Shown here one piece after another: positions 62,201 to 64,000 of a stretch of DNA of 64,000 nucleotides; within the stretch, counting starts at the first letter, position 1, and every line of letters starts with the position of its first letter. The notes under the pieces were generated by a model that was not told the origin of the DNA, did not search any database, and saw only the letters and a list, made by a program, of their open reading frames with translations. Both the position numbers and the translations under genes were made by a program. This DNA comes from Curvularia clavata (Eukaryota), in contig CP089275.1 in assembly GCA_023920165.1 (NCBI GenBank), forward strand, positions 4,712,001-4,776,000, given 5' to 3'.

Positions 62201-63844
62201 AAACTTTGGATTGTCGAGCTCAGCAAGCAGACCACGGGCGTTTGTCGAGCCATCCTCGGACTTTTGCAGGATGATGAGATAGTCAGTAAAAAGCACCATG
62301 ATGCCAGAAACTGTGGCTGGTCCAGAAAGCTCGCCGTGGTATGGCGGGGATAGCTCTACGCAGTCAACGGCTGTGATCAGTCGTCCCTGTGGGTTGCATC
62401 CTGATGGCCACGAAGAGACTATCTTGCGTAGACGACCGGAGATTCTAAACTTCTGTGCAGTAGGCCCCTCTCTTGTGCAAATGTCCGATATCATGTCTCG
62501 TGCCTTAAGGAACAGTTTGATTGCTGGATGCCTCATCGGAAGCTGCTTGGTAATATTATCAATGTACAGATTGTATCGTGGAAGGCGCTGTACAGGCTCT
62601 ATCAACATGGATGTGAGTCGCTGTTCGCCGGTCTCGTAAACGCGCTTGGAAAAGCTAGAGGCCGTGTCCTTGGTAAAGTGCTTCAATAGCTGTGAGAAAT
62701 CGCCGTGGGCCGCCATGTAGTCAGTGTAGCAGTCCGAAAACTGTGGCAGCCACTCAAGGAGCGTCCTTGCGACTGCTGCAGCGCCTGTTACGTCGGGTGC
62801 GTCTTTTTGTCCTCGCAGAGGTGCGACATAGACATCGTCTGTGGTTGACTCTATGTCTTCAATCGCACCATTCTCTGATTCTTCCAGCACAATGCGCAGG
62901 GCTTCCAAGAATTGTGAATTGACTTCCAGAATCTTGTCGAGACTGGGAGGAAACAGACTCCGCAGCGCTTGCTCGGTCGGGCTGGCACTGGAACTCGACT
63001 TTTGCTTTGCCTTTTCCCGGAAGTCGACAGCGACTGTATGGACCAACTCATCCAGCTTGTTCACGTAGTTCTCTTCCGTGTCTAGCAATTCACACATCTC
63101 CCTCCGGAGCGTTTCCTTCTGTTTCCTTGAGAAATTCTGCGATCGGTTGAGGGCTGTAGGTTTCGAGGGCGCGCGGCGCAGCCTGGAGGTGGGAAGAAAT
63201 GCAGACTCTCCAAACAGTTTTATTAGAGGTGCGAATTCGCCATACTTTTGCTGGGTCAGGTCTTCTTCAATCTCGTCAAACTGGGCTGATTCTCTCGGGT
63301 TGAGCTTCTTCATGCTGCCTTGGGGCAAGACAACATCCAAGTCTATCCATGACAGTGTCTGCTCGCCCAAAGCATGGCGCACGTCTATTATGACATCCAT
63401 GACATTCTCTACTTTGACCATCTTGGCGGCGACAATGGCGGCGTGCGACTCAGAAAAGAGCCTGGGCGCCGAAGGTAGGTTGTCCGACGAGCCATACCGC
63501 CTACCCCACGAACTCTTAATTTCGGGTGGTAGCTCGAGGAAGTACTTGTACAGACTGAAGGCGAGTCCACGGCATATTTCGTCGCCCTGTTCCTCGCGCG
63601 GTAGACATGTGACGGCATTGTAGTAGGTGGCAGTGGGCGATATAATTAGGCGGGCGAAGTTCTGCAGGCCAGCGGGTGTAAACACGTGGGCTTGGATGCG
63701 CGAATGCGTCGCCTGAGTCGAGGTGGCCGTGGGTCCGTAGAAGATCAGGACGGGCGAGCCCGAGAGCAGCTCGTCGGTCGTGTAGAAGAGCGACAGGTCG
63801 TCGGCGGACAGGGCCGCGGGCTCGGGGTTAATTGTGACGACCAT
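59240..63844 (-). CDS. BUD3: Rho guanine-nucleotide exchange factor, Bud3-like (DH domain, C-terminal coiled coil)
   Basis: DH motifs ELLDTEENYVNKL and SMLIEPVQRLPRYNL at about aa 250-460 of a roughly 1530-aa protein, with a coiled-coil C-terminus. The first ATG is at 63844. Bud3 orthology is inferred from size and architecture. Confidence 0.75.
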   Translation of the reverse strand: MVVTINPEPAALSADDLSLFYTTDELLSGSPVLIFYGPTATSTQATHSRIQAHVFTPAGLQNFARLIISPTATYYNAVTCLPREEQGDEICRGLAFSLYKYFLELPPEIKSSWGRRYGSSDNLPSAPRLFSESHAAIVAAKMVKVENVMDVIIDVRHALGEQTLSWIDLDVVLPQGSMKKLNPRESAQFDEIEEDLTQQKYGEFAPLIKLFGESAFLPTSRLRRAPSKPTALNRSQNFSRKQKETLRREMCELLDTEENYVNKLDELVHTVAVDFREKAKQKSSSSASPTEQALRSLFPPSLDKILEVNSQFLEALRIVLEESENGAIEDIESTTDDVYVAPLRGQKDAPDVTGAAAVARTLLEWLPQFSDCYTDYMAAHGDFSQLLKHFTKDTASSFSKRVYETGEQRLTSMLIEPVQRLPRYNLYIDNITKQLPMRHPAIKLFLKARDMISDICTREGPTAQKFRISGRLRKIVSSWPSGCNPQGRLITAVDCVELSPPYHGELSGPATVSGIMVLFTDYLIILQKSEDGSTNARGLLAELDNPKFAESFDGTTELAFHQYLSLSDVFISEHSEGNILQVISPVPMVSTSSRSRSREQQRVGIRMFYLQGSYEGKGQKFTEELTKARIEGRFSEAEREGDKWEVRTLPGDLSFFSSITEETGDRQIEGRREPARVQILVEGSKFSRPIEVGDNGIELTITISTIGEGLYLLESTGTNGFAARDKLTNLEFLPVLTKRLTNFFQLRNSVKNVALTDAYLRRNHQILKSLALEMYEMEQERGSKSRPHSPVKMLSSFFGGSVSNLSGTIGKEGGGSRKLQRNAHTLGEIPRMPPPLPAMPARAQSRDGESSRPNSSSTNKSATFAGMMTDPISKLEESLANLTLALLARKGNIVGRSVRARNVADELVVNELYNTVLENPGNLDLASQSSVDVLFAVFDKFLSIAWRERMGPVLSHATLVSLQMRSDTLNPEEFEEFFRNMLDQFAPPNQRAFRAIINLLAELLDGTSNDGDRGILTAAFAEMLVPAGNSHDFISLVDRLVEDIDVLFPPQTPGVGTPIYGSIDSKGRLAAGSINSNTSLRRRFGFGTLTRENSKNENDSKVGSLWRSLSKNSHVDAQPPSISRNGVGPLARSNSTDAAARLSPKRPSSRDRPTVLGAFSFETPTTNNRPYSGVLGTIGEVPPNAGPPRKKRRSSLSDLKTLQDADDVPEWSPEAPRKTESTLRHETRQISDSPRPQTPSGAAVLNKHASSIPTPARLGSPMRVEKKENAPTGLERPGHTRSKSITPKLEVKDEVTIKSLSPTKKRSETISGIPSLRPTGSGLHERTGSGNTVKLPSTPRSPTKMGTGSTSPPKRLRMQSPQKLRERLQVQEQDIAEASNALQSELSAIGQELSSKGTPRLTTQSSAPSLSLTNGARSAEARIGVLEKQLKATLELLSTRTSGIANDVATSLQVSEARCKHLDQLYRDVNAENEALYARFNEELEKVTSSARKGRASEEVERRLKSSEEEAARLRKENARLKREVAGLKAQIRE

Positions 63845-64000
63845 GGTGTCGAGGGAGCGGAAACGAGCGACGGAGGTGGATAGGTACAGCGAAGCAAGTG
63901 ACCAGGGCGGCAATTAGTACATTGCTTGCATGGCGCAGGCGCGTGGGGACGGTCAAGGGCCTGGGTGGTCGTCGTAGTCGTGGGCGTCGTGATTGTTGTG

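Noticed and set aside
1..64000. Transposons, RIP-degraded repeats, CRISPR arrays, and cryptic PTS1 signals via stop-codon readthrough
   Set aside because: I saw no transposase or RT motifs, LTRs/TIRs or spaced repeat arrays, and the stop codons I checked lack a TGA-CTA readthrough context or SKL-like extension.

Overview
Eukaryotic, gene-dense DNA from a filamentous ascomycete, with short GT-AG introns and CTRAC branch points. The protein sequences look Dothideomycete/Pleosporales-like, which is an inference. About 24 protein-coding genes can be supported, most modelled by hand across introns: GH67 alpha-glucuronidase, dipeptidyl-peptidase V, a PTR2/POT peptide transporter, three F-box-like proteins, a 72-aa secreted 6-Cys peptide, a Zn2Cys6 regulator, a spherulin-4/GH135 protein, inositol polyphosphate multikinase, an Arb1 (Argonaute chaperone) protein with an N-terminal La motif, an RTA1-like protein, POP4/Rpp29 divergent to an 8-exon RPL9, an aldo-keto reductase, Clp1, a GH125 mannosidase, an alpha/beta hydrolase, a Bud3-like RhoGEF and several hypothetical proteins. 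I saw no tRNA, rRNA, CRISPR array or intact transposon. The most interesting observations are (1) the La-motif::Arb1 fusion, (2) a strongly structured RPL9 intron whose alternative pairings could switch between two 3' splice sites, (3) a beta-defensin-like secreted peptide, and (4) a probable unannotated single-pass membrane microprotein. All family assignments come from motif recognition by eye; no database searches were run.
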